Of a stretch of 64,000 bases of DNA, positions 1 through 12,683 are shown piece by piece; the stretch's first letter is position 1, and each line of letters opens with the position of its first letter. The notes under the pieces were generated by a model. That model had not been told where the DNA came from. It made no database searches and worked only from the letters and a program-made list of their open reading frames with translations. This stretch comes from Callorhinchus milii (lineage: Eukaryota), in NCBI RefSeq assembly GCF_018977255.1, contig NW_024704743.1, forward strand, positions 76,448,001 to 76,512,000. The letters run 5' to 3'. A program made the translations under genes and the position numbers.

Positions 1-2524
1 ACTGTGGGCAAATTGGCTGTTGGTTTTACCGAAAAAATACACACAGTTACTATGTGTTAAAATAAATCTCATGAAGTGCTTTAAGAAGTCCTCCAGACGT
101 AAAAGGCGCTACATTAAATGCAAGAATTTTTAAAAAAAATACAGAAGCTACATTTCTTTGTTCTCAGCTGTCTGAATAGCAAATAAAGACCAACAACTGA
201 AATAAAAAGTATATTGTTCTTAAAAGCTGGTATCATGAGTACGTCAGCCATTAGAGCCATTAGTGATTTTACGCGTTATATTTGCAGATTAAATATCAAA
301 GCAGCAAAAAACACTTGATATTCACAGGACTAAAATAAATAACAACAAATAAAACATCTAATTCCAAAATCTTTTTATTATTTTTGAAGCCAAACTGGAA
401 ACTTGAATTGAACTTGAAAAGGCAGGCGATTGCCTCTCATTCACGGTGTAATTTCATTCTAAGCTTTTTTAGCGATTAAAGCATAACATGTTGAGGGGCT
501 TGTTCTATTCTGTTCATTCAATGCAGAAAACCTTCTGATGTGTGCTTCAATTTTCTTGTTGAGATCTCAGGCTCATGATGAAATATGATTCTATGAGTGG
601 GAGTCACCCTCCAATACTCACTCAAGTATCTATTCTTCACTTGGACTAATTTGGTAGGACTCTTGCCTCTGGGTCAGGAAGTTGGGAGTTGCAAGTTCCA
701 GTGTAGCGAAGTCCTGTGGTATCAGAGATGTCATCTTTAGGATGTTAAATTTAGTCCCCATTTCCCTGTTTTGGTAGCTGTTAAAAATCACTTGACATCA
801 TTCGAAAAGAGAAGGGAATTTTTTCCATTGAGCAACAACCATCCAGATTAATTGATCAATCACCTTATAACTGTTTGTAAGACTTAGTCAGTGCAAATGT
901 GGCCTTATTTGTCTGCCAAGAATAGTCAGCACACTTGCTAGTGATTAAGTTTGAAGCAAGTTATTACATGTGAGCACAGAAAAAGAAAAGGGGAGTAGTT
1001 AGAACTGTCATGGTGTTTGAACGTTGGGAATATGACAAGCCCAGTGCCGACATTCTGCCAATATAGTGTGAAGAGAACATTATAAAACTAGGGTGAGGGA
1101 TTGGGAATGTCACACCTGTTAGAATGTACTTTTGGAGGTTTGGTGTTAGTGTAATTTTACAATCTGAGCAAGTTTAAGACCTGATTCATCAAAAGTTTTA
1201 CTTACTTCAAACCTTTCTATACGGAAGTGCAGGTTGTTTTCCCGGTTAGCTGTAGACATGGTACTTAGCTGGTGGTGCAATGCCACCCCTGAATAATTTT
1301 CAGCATCCAGCACTTGCTACAAGAACTTGTAACTCTTCTCACTGTAGTGTTCAAGGTTCTAGTCGTATTAATCTACGTTATGCTTTTGTATTGTATATCC
1401 CACCCTAATTATAATAACAATTTTAATCATAATCCTTGCATTTGGAATAGCTCCTTATCATGTCAACAAAGCACTTCACAGGATATACTGTAAAGTGGTG
1501 CGACTGTGTGTATTTGTATGGGTGACACAGCAGCCAAATTTGCGCACAACAATGTTCCACAAACAGCCATGAACAGTGAACAATTTTATTTGGGGATTGT
1601 TGGTCAGGACACCGGGAGAAACTCCTTTTTCTTTTCCAGTGTCATGGGATCTTTGAGGTCCTCCTGGACAGGCAGAAGGGAACTCGGTTAAACATCTCAT
1701 CTGAAGGATCATTAATTAGATCTATGCGATAAATACATTTATTTCTGACTGATTTCGCTGTTGCCTGTGTCAGTAACGTTGTTTTTACCACTTACCAAAA
1801 GGGCCAAATCGATTGAAGGCTGGGACACTATTATATTAATTAATCAATGATTTTATACACCTGGTGAAGGCCTTTCTGATTAAGTTTGCGTCACCCAAGA
1901 GAGGGCACAGCTCTGGGCATAGGAGACTCGGTCTGCTTTTGAAAGTTGTGAGTGCATATTAATTTTAAGAATGTCAAAATACTTTATGAAATATAATAAA
2001 TAATGGCAGTAATAGAGAGCAAGAGCGAGATGGAGGAAACCTATATTATCTCCCATCCAAAGCAGTATTCAGTTGGTGGTGGAACACAACTCCTGGCTAC
2101 TTTTCAGTGATATTTATAATAATCTATGCATTTGACATAGCGCCTATTATATCGTTGAGATGTCTCAAAGCGATTCACAGGAATTACTGTAAAGTGTAGT
2201 TACTCTATATTTGTAGGAAAATATGGCAGCCAATTTGCATACCGCAGTGTCCCACAGACAGGCATGAAGTGAGTGATCAATTTTATCTGAGGGATTGTTG
2301 GCTAGGACACTGGAAGAAACTCCCATCTTTTTTCAAATAATCTTCTGGGATCTTTAACGCCCACCTGTACAGGCAGACGGGATCTTGGTTTAAATTTTAA
2401 TTCTTGGTCTTAGTGGTCTAAAATTATGAAGAGAGGCACACAGAATGGAACTTGTTAAGGAAGATTAAAGGAAATGTGATGCAGGTTTTTATAGTGCTGA
2501 AAGACAAGAATGATGCAGACAGGT

Positions 2525-2750
2525 CCATCCACGGTCTTCTATGCTGTTCTAATGAGCCACAGAGCAAGGTCGAGGAACAGCACCTCATTTATCTGCTGGG
2601 GACCTTACAGCCCTCTGGCCTCAATATTGATTTCAACAATTTCAGACCATAACAACTCACCTTCACCCTCCCCCTCTTCTGTGACCATTACCACATTTTG
2701 GTCCCAGACATGCCCTTTCTCTGCCTGATCTGCCTGTTTTGTTGCACGCT
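2525..2750 (+). mobile_element. Penelope-like element 3' fragment (end of GIY-YIG endonuclease)
   Basis: EEQHLIYLLGTLQPSGLNIDFNNFR-stop resembles the typical Penelope ORF C-terminus. Confidence 0.7.
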
Positions 2751-2789
2751 CTTTTTTTCCCAACCTACGTGTAAAACAAGGTAATAACA

Positions 2790-3165
2790 ACAGGGGGGAC
2801 TGTGGGATAGTGTTCCAGAGGGTGGGGGCAGAGTGGCTGAAGGCTTGCTTGCCAATGATGGGGTGGGAGATGTGGGGAATATGAAGCTGGCCAGAGCCCG
2901 CTGAGCGGAGGGAGTGGGCAGATTGATTAGGAGGTTAGGAAGTCACAGAGATAGGGAGGGCAGAGTCATGGAGGGCTTTGAAGGTGAGGACCAGGATCTT
3001 GAACTGTATCCTCTATGTGATGGGAAGCCAGTGGAGTCAGGCGTGGATGGGGATGATAGGGTCATGGAGCCTGGTGCGGGAGCGGACATGGGTTGCAGAG
3101 TTCTGGATGATCTGCAGCTGATGGAGGGAAGAGTTGGGGATGCTGACAACCAAGGAGTTTGGATA
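2790..3165 (-). mobile_element. L2 LINE 3' fragment
   Basis: Reverse complement matches the L2 copy at 54104-55533 (LHWLPI...FKIL region). Confidence 0.8.
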
Positions 3166-4608
3166 GTCGCATGTAATATTTGCTTATTAATCACCCTATG
3201 ATTTATTTTCTGAAAATAAGTACTAATATCTAGTGAAGAGAAATACGGCCTTTAACTCGCCCTTTTCACCATCTTGTAATTTAAAATGCCCGCACAAGTG
3301 GCCAAGTGACCAATGGCGAGGGAGAGACTGGAAAACAAGTGGTGGGTCCAAAGGGAGCGCAGGGGAGAGCAGGGATTGTCCAATGGGAGCACACACAGTC
3401 CCTCAGGTTCTGCTGTACCGGGCCAGGTACAGCAGAACCTGAGGCATTATCCTCTCTCAGCCCTAGTTAAACTCCGCCTATGAGGACTGGGCAATATAGG
3501 AATAACCCTCCCCCGTGCATATACCACAAATACACACAATCACCCAATGTACACACACATCACACGAGTAACATCCTGGCTATGTGAGTCAGACACCAAG
3601 GCAAAAACGATGATAACTTCCATCAAAAATGAATTGAATAAATTTCAGGTTGAGAACATTTCTGGAGGTTATGTGATTTAGATAAACAAATAATCTACAA
3701 TGGTTTCTGTGTTAGTGCTGAGAAGCAAAGACGGAAAACAGAGCAACTTGAACAGTGGGTGTGGGGATAGTTGAACGAATACTCTGGAGTTTGGACTTGA
3801 ATGGAGATCAGGGAATATTAATACAGAACTTTCTCCCAAGTGATGTTGTTGACAGAGTGAAAGAGGTGAGAGAGATGAACCAAAAGGCTTTTCTTGTCCA
3901 TGATTTCTTATGCTCTTAAGAAACTATAGCAAACAATCCAACATGATCTGCCTTTATTTCATGCAATCATAAAAAGGTTACATCTCAGCAATAATGTAAA
4001 AATCAAGATTTATGTGCTTCGATGTGCTTTTCTTTTGTGCTGCGAGCTATAGTCTCAAGACATTGGTGATTTGGAACAGACTTGTAAAAAAAGCAAGATT
4101 CCTTTAAAAAAGGAATATCACTTGAATGTTAATGAGCAAAGACAATAGAATTATTTATGGTTTTAGTGACTTTTTCCCCCCTGACATTAAAGATTTTTTA
4201 TGCTGCTTAATTATTAACATATTTCCGATGATCATTTTGCTTTTCTGACTGTGCCTTTTAACTCCTGCAAATTACGATTTGCCACTTTCTGGAACCAAAA
4301 TCCAAGTAGCCTGTATTGATCCCATAATAAAAAAATGATTTTTTTAAAAAAACACTTAATTGTTTCAAGATGTGAAATTAAGGTAATAAACAAACATGAA
4401 CTTGTGAAGCTTCACTGCAATAGATTTAAGGTATTTGTTCTTAATGTTGTAAAATCTTGATTTGATTTTGTGATGTGGCTAGGATAATCTCTCTGCATTA
4501 TTTTCTCATATGATTTTCTTGAGATGAACAGCTAGTTTCTAATCTTACAGTTTACTAACAGACAAGGTTTGTCAGGATTTTACTACATGATTTATTACAT
4601 GAGAACCT

Positions 4609-4934
4609 TGTGATGCCGTCTCGACCCACCGCACTGAATCATACACACTTGGGGGAACAGTAGAGTTAACTAGCACGGGTTGGGATTAATCAAAGTGAGT
4701 AAATATTCTTATTTTAGTGAGAGAGAGAGAGAATTGGTCTGAATTGAATTGAGTGAGTTGTCTGTCCTGTTCTGTTTGTTTTAGTTTAGTTAACAAGGGA
4801 ACAATCGCACCTTTCGAACAAGCATATTATTTAAACCAGTCTTTGAGAAAGCAGCCTTTGTGAATGCTTGTTGTAATAAAGAAATAGTGTTTTGTCTTCA
4901 TCCTGTTCACTCCTATCAGATCCTAAGCTTAACA
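4609..4934 (+). mobile_element. Possible solo LTR
   Basis: TGTGATG start, TAACA end and an internal AATAAA ~55 nt before the end; no clear target-site duplication. Confidence 0.3.
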
Positions 4935-5639
4935 GTGAGAATGGTAACCGCAAGCGAGGGGACCTGGGTTTCATTCCCGGGCAGGGCGAAACTATGGGCA
5001 AGTTTCCTTACACACATGCCTTTTGTTTACCTAGCAGTAAGTAGTTAGTCGATTGGTGGATTGCTTTTCCGGGGGTAATAATCCCTTTTTTAAAAATTGG
5101 CTGCCGCGTTTTGCCCACAAAATATAGAGTCAATTCACTTTACAGTCTATTCTGTGAAGTGCTTTAAGGCGTCTTGAAGATGTGATAAGACGCTATATCA
5201 AATCAAGGATTATTATTATTGTGAATGCACTCTTATTGTGTGATGTACTTGAGGTAAATCTGTACACTCCATCACGTAGTTAAAGTAAGTTTTATCCATA
5301 GTACATATAATTTCACTTTGTGTTATAGAATAGAGTAATTTACTGCACGGTACGCTTAAATTAATTGTGTGTACAATGTTTCATCACACAATAGGTTGGA
5401 GGTAAATTAGTCATACTTTACCACTCACTAGGTGAGGGCGAGCACTACCAAATTGAATTACAGCCAACAGCAGTAGCCAACTCACATGAGACGTATTGAA
5501 AATGTAAGCACTTCATGTGCTGCATTATAACGAATAAAACATATTTTAATTGATTTGGGATGTGCTGGCACCAGTTTAGTGTCGGTAGGCTGAACAGTTT
5601 CTTCCAACTCTGTAATTTCTACAAATCTGATTCTACAGC

Positions 5640-8600
5640 AATAACTAGAATCACAGAATTATACAGCACAGAAGGAGGCCATTCAGCCCATCATGTCTGT
5701 GCCAGCTCTTTGAAAAGAGCTATTCAAAATAATCCCATTCCCTAGCTCTCTCCTCTTAGCCCTTCAAATTTGTCCTCCCCAAATAATTATCTACTTCTCG
5801 CTTAAAAGTTGTTATCAAATCGGCTTCCACCACCCTTTCAGGCAATGCACTCCAGATCCGAATTTGCTGTGTGAAAAAATTTCTCCTACCTGCACATGCC
5901 TCTGTTTACCTAGCAGTAAGTAGGAACCCGGTTGTTAGTCGATTGGCGGATCGCTTTTCCCGGGGATAATAATCCTTCAATAAAAATAATAATAATAATT
6001 TGGTCACTCAATTTAGTTACAACTGTTTTTGAGGTACAGTGCTGTGCGCAATTGGTTGCCATGATTTGCCCACAAATGTACAGTCAATTCACTCTACAGT
6101 ATATTCTGTGAAGCGCTTTGAGACGTCTAGAAGACATGAAAAGCACTATATCAAATGCAAGGATTATTATATATTATATTATCAAACGTCTTTTGAAAAT
6201 CCATATAAACTACATCAGCTGCACTTCATCCACCCTCTCGGTTACTTCATCAAAAACTTTTATCAGTTTGCATTAGAATACATTAGAATATACAACACAG
6301 AAACAGGCCATTCGGCCCAACTGGCCTATGCCGGTGTTTATGCTCCACATGAGCCTCCTCCTGCCCTTCCTCAACTAAGCCTTCAAGCATAACCTTCTAG
6401 TTTGTTAGGCATGATTTGCCTTTAACAAATCCATGTTGACTGTCCTTTATTAACCCATATTTTTCTAAGTGAAAATTTATTTTGTTCCAGATTATAGTCT
6501 CTAGAAGTTTCCCACTACTGACATTAGGCTGACTGGCCTGTAGTTCCCGGGTTTATCCTTCTGCTCCTTTTTGTACAGGGGAGTAACATTTGCAACCCTC
6601 CAGTCCTCTGGCACCACCCCAGTGTCCAATTGAAAGATTGTGGCCAGAGCCTCTGTTATTTCCACCCTTACTTCTCTCAGTAATCAGTAATCTAGGATGC
6701 ATCCCATCCGAACCGGGTGACTTATCTACCTTAAGCACCGACAACTTTTTTAGTACCTCCTCTCTGCTTATTCTTATTCTATCGAATTTCTACCCTCTTC
6801 TCCGATACTGTGGCATTGGCTGCATCCTCTTCTTTTGTGAAGACAGATGAAAAGTAATTCGATACGTCAGCCTTGTCCTCTGCCTCCACATGAAGATTTC
6901 CTCTTCAGTCCCTAATTGGACCCACCCTACCTTTGACTAACCTTTTATTCTTTGTATGCTTATAAAATACCCTTTTATGTTATCTGCTAATCTTTTCTCA
7001 TACAATCTCTTGGCCCCTCTTATTTCCTTTTCCAGTTCTTCAATTATCCTGACATAGACTGGCAAAATAACAGTATAAAGGGCAAGGAGAGGGAAGAATG
7101 TACTTTATATATGTACTTTATCCTCTTCATATACCTCTAATGAAAGTACTTTATCCTCTGTACTTTATATATTCTATTTGATTATCTTCTGTATTTTGGA
7201 CCTGACATTTATCACAAGCCTCCTGTTTCTGTTTTATTTTAATCCTAATTTCCTTATTCATCCAGGGAGGTTTGGATGCCGTATGTTTCCCCTTTGTGGG
7301 AATGTATTTGTTCTGTTGCCAAACTATCTCCTCCTTGAAGGCTTCGCATTGCTCATTAGCTGTTTTATCTGCCAATCTTTCTTTCCAGTCAACCTTGGCT
7401 AAGTCCCTTTTTAACTCACTGAAATTAGCCCTCTTCCTGTTGAATATCTTCACCTTTGATTGCTCCTGGTCACTTTCCATAAGTACTGTAAACCTAATGA
7501 TGTTGTGATCACTGTTGTCCAGAGGCTCTCCTACTGAAACCTGCTCCACTTGATTCCCCAGAACTAGATCCAACACTGCCTCCTTCCTCGATGGACTGGA
7601 AACATACTGATCCAGAAAGTTATCCTGCACACATTTCAGGAATCCTTCCCTCTCCTTGCCCTTTATATTGTTATTTTGCCAGTCTATGTCAGGATAATTG
7701 AAGTCCCCCATTATCACTACTCTATTGGTTTTGCATCTTTCTGAAATCTGCTTGCAGATTTGATTGTCCAACTATTCCCTTCCCACTATTCCCTTCCCAC
7801 TATTTGATGGTCTATACTATACACTTAACAGAGTAACAGCTCCTTTTCTGCTCCTTAACTCTGACCAAATAGATTCTGTTTTTGGACCCTTTAGCACATC
7901 ATCCCTTTCCAGGGCTGTAACCATGTCTTTAATCAATATCGCCACAACTGTCTTTTTTCCCCTTCCCTATCCCTCCTGGAATCATTGTAGCCAGGAATAT
8001 TCAGTTCCCATTCCTGACCTTGTTTGAGCCAGATCTCCGTTATTGCCACTACATCATAACCCCATGTTCGCCACTTGAGCCTGCAGCTCACCAATCTTAT
8101 TTGTGCATTTACACACATGCATTCCAAGACCAACTGAGTCTGCTCTGCATTTCTCTCCGTCTAATCCCTCCTTTTTTTGGAAAACATTGAATTACATTGT
8201 ATTTGTCTCTCCCAGCCCTTTATGTAACTTGTTTGTCCTCTCTGATGCTACATCCTGATTCACTTCCTCCCTTGAAATTAGTTTAATCCCTTCCCCACAG
8301 CAGTAGGTAACCTCCCTGTAAGGACATTGTTCTCAGCCCTGTTCAGGCATAAACCATCCACCTTGTACAGGTCCCACCTGCCCCAGAACTGGTCCTAATG
8401 ATCCAGGAACCTGAAGCCCTCCTTTCTGCACTGTTTCTCCAGCCATGCATTCATGTGTTTGATCCTGCTGTTTTGATACTCACTTGCACAAGGCACTGGG
8501 AATAATCCAGAGATCACCACCTTTGAAGTCCTACTCTAGCTTTTTCCCTAGCTTCTGATACACTCCCTGTAGGATCTCAGTTCTTTTTTTCCCTATGTCA

Positions 8601-8640
8601 TGGATCCTAACATGGACCACGACTTCTGGATGTTCCCCTT
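5640..8640 (-). mobile_element. Degraded CR1 LINE (ORF1 end, endonuclease, part of RT) with internal deletions and SINE insertions
   Basis: YDVVAITEIWL, VIMGDFNYPDIDW, LDLVLGN, SDHNII and KSPGSDGMHPR motifs in minus-strand ORFs. Confidence 0.85.
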
Positions 8641-8661
8641 CCCCCTGTAACTATAAAATGA

Positions 8662-8925
<264 letters not shown>

Positions 8926-9670
8926 TGAGATGCAGTAGCAAATTCCAATGTTCCGCAACAACAACAATCTGCATTTATACATCGCCCTTCACACGCGATA
9001 GCATCTCAGAATGCTGAACATTGGCATAGTCTGAGTCTGAAGTTGGATTTTATTTTACAGGCATGTTAAATAATACAGTTGCCTTGATGTATTTTTCTTT
9101 GGAAAGTTCTGCTTGTTGGTTTCTTGGGTTTGCCAAATTAAACACTTTTTATTTCCCTTCGCAACCTTAAATATTTGTTTCCAATCAAAGAAATTGGCCA
9201 TTTCCCCAGGTGCAGTGTAGTTGTGTTTCAGTAATTGGTGCCTGGGGAGAAGCGTGGTACACTGAAATTAATTGTGTGTATAGTGTTTCACCACATAATA
9301 TGCTGGAGGTAAATTAGTCACAGTTTTACTGCTCACTGCTCAATTTATTAAATTCTGAAATATGGAACTAAGGTAAGACCAATCGTATTTGGGTAACTTT
9401 TATAGACAGAAGCTGTAATGTGAGAAGAAGATACTTTTGACTTCCATGAGAGATTTTTTGCTATAAATAGGATAATTAACCATTCCCCTCCTAGTCCATT
9501 CCAGTTCCCAGCCCATTCCCTTCACAGACAATTCCTCCGAACCAGCCCATTCCCCTATTTGTAGGCAAATTGCACACAATGTTCCACTAACAGCCATGGA
9601 GTGAGTGACCAATTTTATTTGGGGGATTGTTGACCAGGATACTGGGAGAAACACCCTTCTCTATTTGAAT

Positions 9671-10070
9671 CTGTCCCAGAGAGGATCGACTTCAAGATCC
9701 TCACCCTTGTCTTCAAATCCCTCCACTCCTCTGCACCCCCTACCTCTCTGACCTCCTGTCTCCTCACAACAGTGTCCGTTGCCTTCATTCCACCGGGTCT
9801 GGCCTCCACCTTGTCCCCCGAGTCCTCCGCTCTACCCACGGCAGCCGTGCCTTCAGCCACTATGCCCCAAGGCTCTGGAACTCCCTTCCTCACTCCCTTC
9901 GCCTGTCCCTCTCTTCCTATTTTCAGGTCTTGCCTGAAGACCTTTCTTTTCGACCGCGCCTTTGGTCACCTTCCTCCCCCTCCTCCGGCTCGGCCCTGGG
10001 ATTGTTACTATGAAGGGCTCTGAGATGCTGTCTGACGTGGAGGGCGCTGTATAAATCCAAGTTGTTGTTG
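9671..10070 (+). mobile_element. L2 3' fragment inserted into an older DeuSINE-like copy
   Basis: ERIDFKIL motif and (GTT)n tail; flanked by the direct repeat TTGAAT (9665-9670 and 10071-10076); the host SINE continues on both sides. Confidence 0.8.
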
Positions 10071-10754
10071 TTGAATAGTGCTATGGGATATCTAACGTCC
10101 ACCTGAGCAGACAGACAGGACGCTCGGATTTAACATCTCATTTAATGTCAATAACTCCAACAATGCAATGCACCCCCAGCACTGCATTGGAGTGTCAGCT
10201 TAGACTATGGGAGTCCAGGTCCCAATGTGGGCTTGAATCCTCAATCTTCTGACTCGGAAACTGATGCAAAGTTTTACAGAGGAACATGGTAGAATTCTGG
10301 AAGCAAACCATTTGGCTGTTCTCTCAGTTGGAAAATAGTATGTTGTGTGAGAAGACCTAAAGAGAAACATTTTATGTATAATAATAACAATGTGCATTTA
10401 TATAGCACGGATATATATTCATGTAGGATAATGTCTTGTAGTGCTGTAGGATCCTTGCAGCCAGAGGAGACCTCCATCCTATCAGTCTGGACTGGATTTT
10501 AAACTTTGGTCTTGAGATAACAGTTGCCCTAACATAGTCTAAATTGTATTGATTACTACAGGTTTACTACAGGATACTAATAATAATTCTAAAATTACAA
10601 ATGACAGTGCCTTGCAATACACATTTCTGTGACAAAAAACTGTAAATCTATCAAAGAAATTATTCTCCAAGCCATATGCTGTTTCATCCTACAGGAGGTC
10701 AACACAAAGGGTTTTATTGGTGTGCTTCACAAATAATACATTTTATTAAATAAA

Positions 10755-11170
10755 TAATAATCCTTGCATTTGATATAATGCCTCATGTTGAAACGTTTCA
10801 ATGCTCTTCACAGATTTTCAGTACAGTGTAGTGACTGTATTTTTAGGGGACTACGGCAGTTAATTTGTGCACAGGAATGTCCCATAAACAGCCGTGAAGT
10901 GAACAACCATTTTTACTTGAGGGGTTGTTGGTCAGGATACAGGGATAAACTTATTTCTCTTTTGGAATAGCATAACAGAATCTTTAACGTCCACCTAAAC
11001 AGGCAGTTTAACATTTCATCTGAGAGACAGAGGGTCTGACAAAGAATTATACCCCCAGCAATGCATTGTGGTGTCAGCCTTAAGTATATGAGTTCAAGGT
11101 CTTGACATGGGGCTTGAACCCATAACCTTCAGACTGAGATGCAAGAATGCTATTAACTGAGCCAGGCTAA
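10755..11170 (-). mobile_element. Older DeuSINE-like SINE (other copies near 650-960, 1430-1712, 2118-2395, 13204-13350, 13500-13860)
   Basis: Different tRNA-like head plus a body resembling the recalled Deu domain (CAGATGAGATGTTAAAC...GGTGGACGTTAAAGATCCC...GCTGTTTGTGGG). Confidence 0.7.
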
Positions 11171-12305
11171 TGCATATCCCAACTTGGAGGAACTCAGCTC
11201 TGATGCTATCTACTTCCAGAGTAGAGTTACCATGAGGTTGGTGAATCATTGTTCTGGCTCTGAGAAGGATATGTATTTTTGTAAGCTGTTGTAAGCTCTT
11301 ATTAGGAAATCATGTTAGAGATCCTAAAAATCTTCCAATGAGTTCTAATCCAGTTGTTTTCCCAGATGTGTATTTCAGAAATAATTATAAAATTACAGCA
11401 GCAGCCAGTAGATAAAGCAAATTTATTTCCTAGTGATTTTATTGCAAACATTTCACCTTGGATGTTTCTGTCAGCAAGTCTACATTATGTTGGAGTGAGT
11501 AAGGGCCTGTTTGATGAAGGTGAAAACAGCAGGTTGAAATTGGCATAGAAAGGTCTCCACTGGATTTGATTTTCTGGCTGTACGATGTTGACATTAGTTG
11601 CGTGAATCTGTTAAAAGTTGTAAATGTTTTCACAGTAGTGCCAATGCTGAACTCACAAACAGGGAACTAAAATTGGAATCTCTGAGGGCTTATAAAACAA
11701 TGCTAGCAGTCATTTACCTTTATTTGGCCAGGATATTATTGGCCTGTTGCCCACGTGAAGATTTTGTACCTAAAAATAAGTCTGTGAATCCACCTCAGAT
11801 TTCAAGGACACACACTGACATTTGGCAACTTGGTGCTCTTAACATCCTTAGCGGTTTGAATATTATAGAATCGTAGAAGTTGCAGCATGAAATATGCCAT
11901 TTTGCCCATCAAATATGTGCTATTGTTTTTGTCCATGTCAATTAATCTGATCCCACCCTTCTGCTCACTTTTCATACTCTAATATACAGTCTATTCACTT
12001 TACAATATATTCTGAAGCATTTTGAGATAGCTGAACGACATTAAGGCATTATATTAAATGCAAGGATTTTTATTATTATTATATTCTTGAAAATGCGTCC
12101 TGTTAATGAGTATTAGCCTGGCTCAGTTGGTAGCACTCTTGCCTGTGAGTCAGAAAATGATGTGTTCAACTCCATTTCGAGACTTGGAGCCTATACAGTC
12201 TAAGTTGACGCTCCAATTCAAGGGGTGTGCTGCATTGTCAGAGGTGCTTGTCAATCTTTCTGCTGAGACATTAAACTTGGGTTCTGTCTGTTGGTCGAGG
12301 TGGAC

Positions 12306-12683
12306 ATAATAATAATAATCCTTGGATTGATATAGCGCCTTATCACATCTTCGAGACATCTCACAGCGCTTCACAGAATATACTGTAAAATGAATTGACT
12401 ATATATATACTGTGGGCAAAATGCGGCATTCAATTGGGCACAGCAGTGTCCCACAAACAGTCGTGGATTGAGTGACCAAATTATTATTTTTTTTTTGAAG
12501 GGATTATTACCCCCGGAAAAGTGATCTGCCAATTGACTAACAACTGGGTTCCTACTTACTGCTAGGTAAACAGAGGTATGTGGAGTCAGGAAACTTGCCC
12601 AATGTTTCGCTCTGCCCGGGAATTGAACCCAGGTTCTCTCGCTTGCGAGGCGAGTGGTTTAACCACTAAGCTACAGGACTCCA
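12306..12683 (-). mobile_element. tRNA-derived SINE (long subfamily) nested in an older DeuSINE-like copy spanning ~12113-12950 (+)
   Basis: The host sequence GGTGGAC...AAAGATCCC is split by the insertion. Confidence 0.82.
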
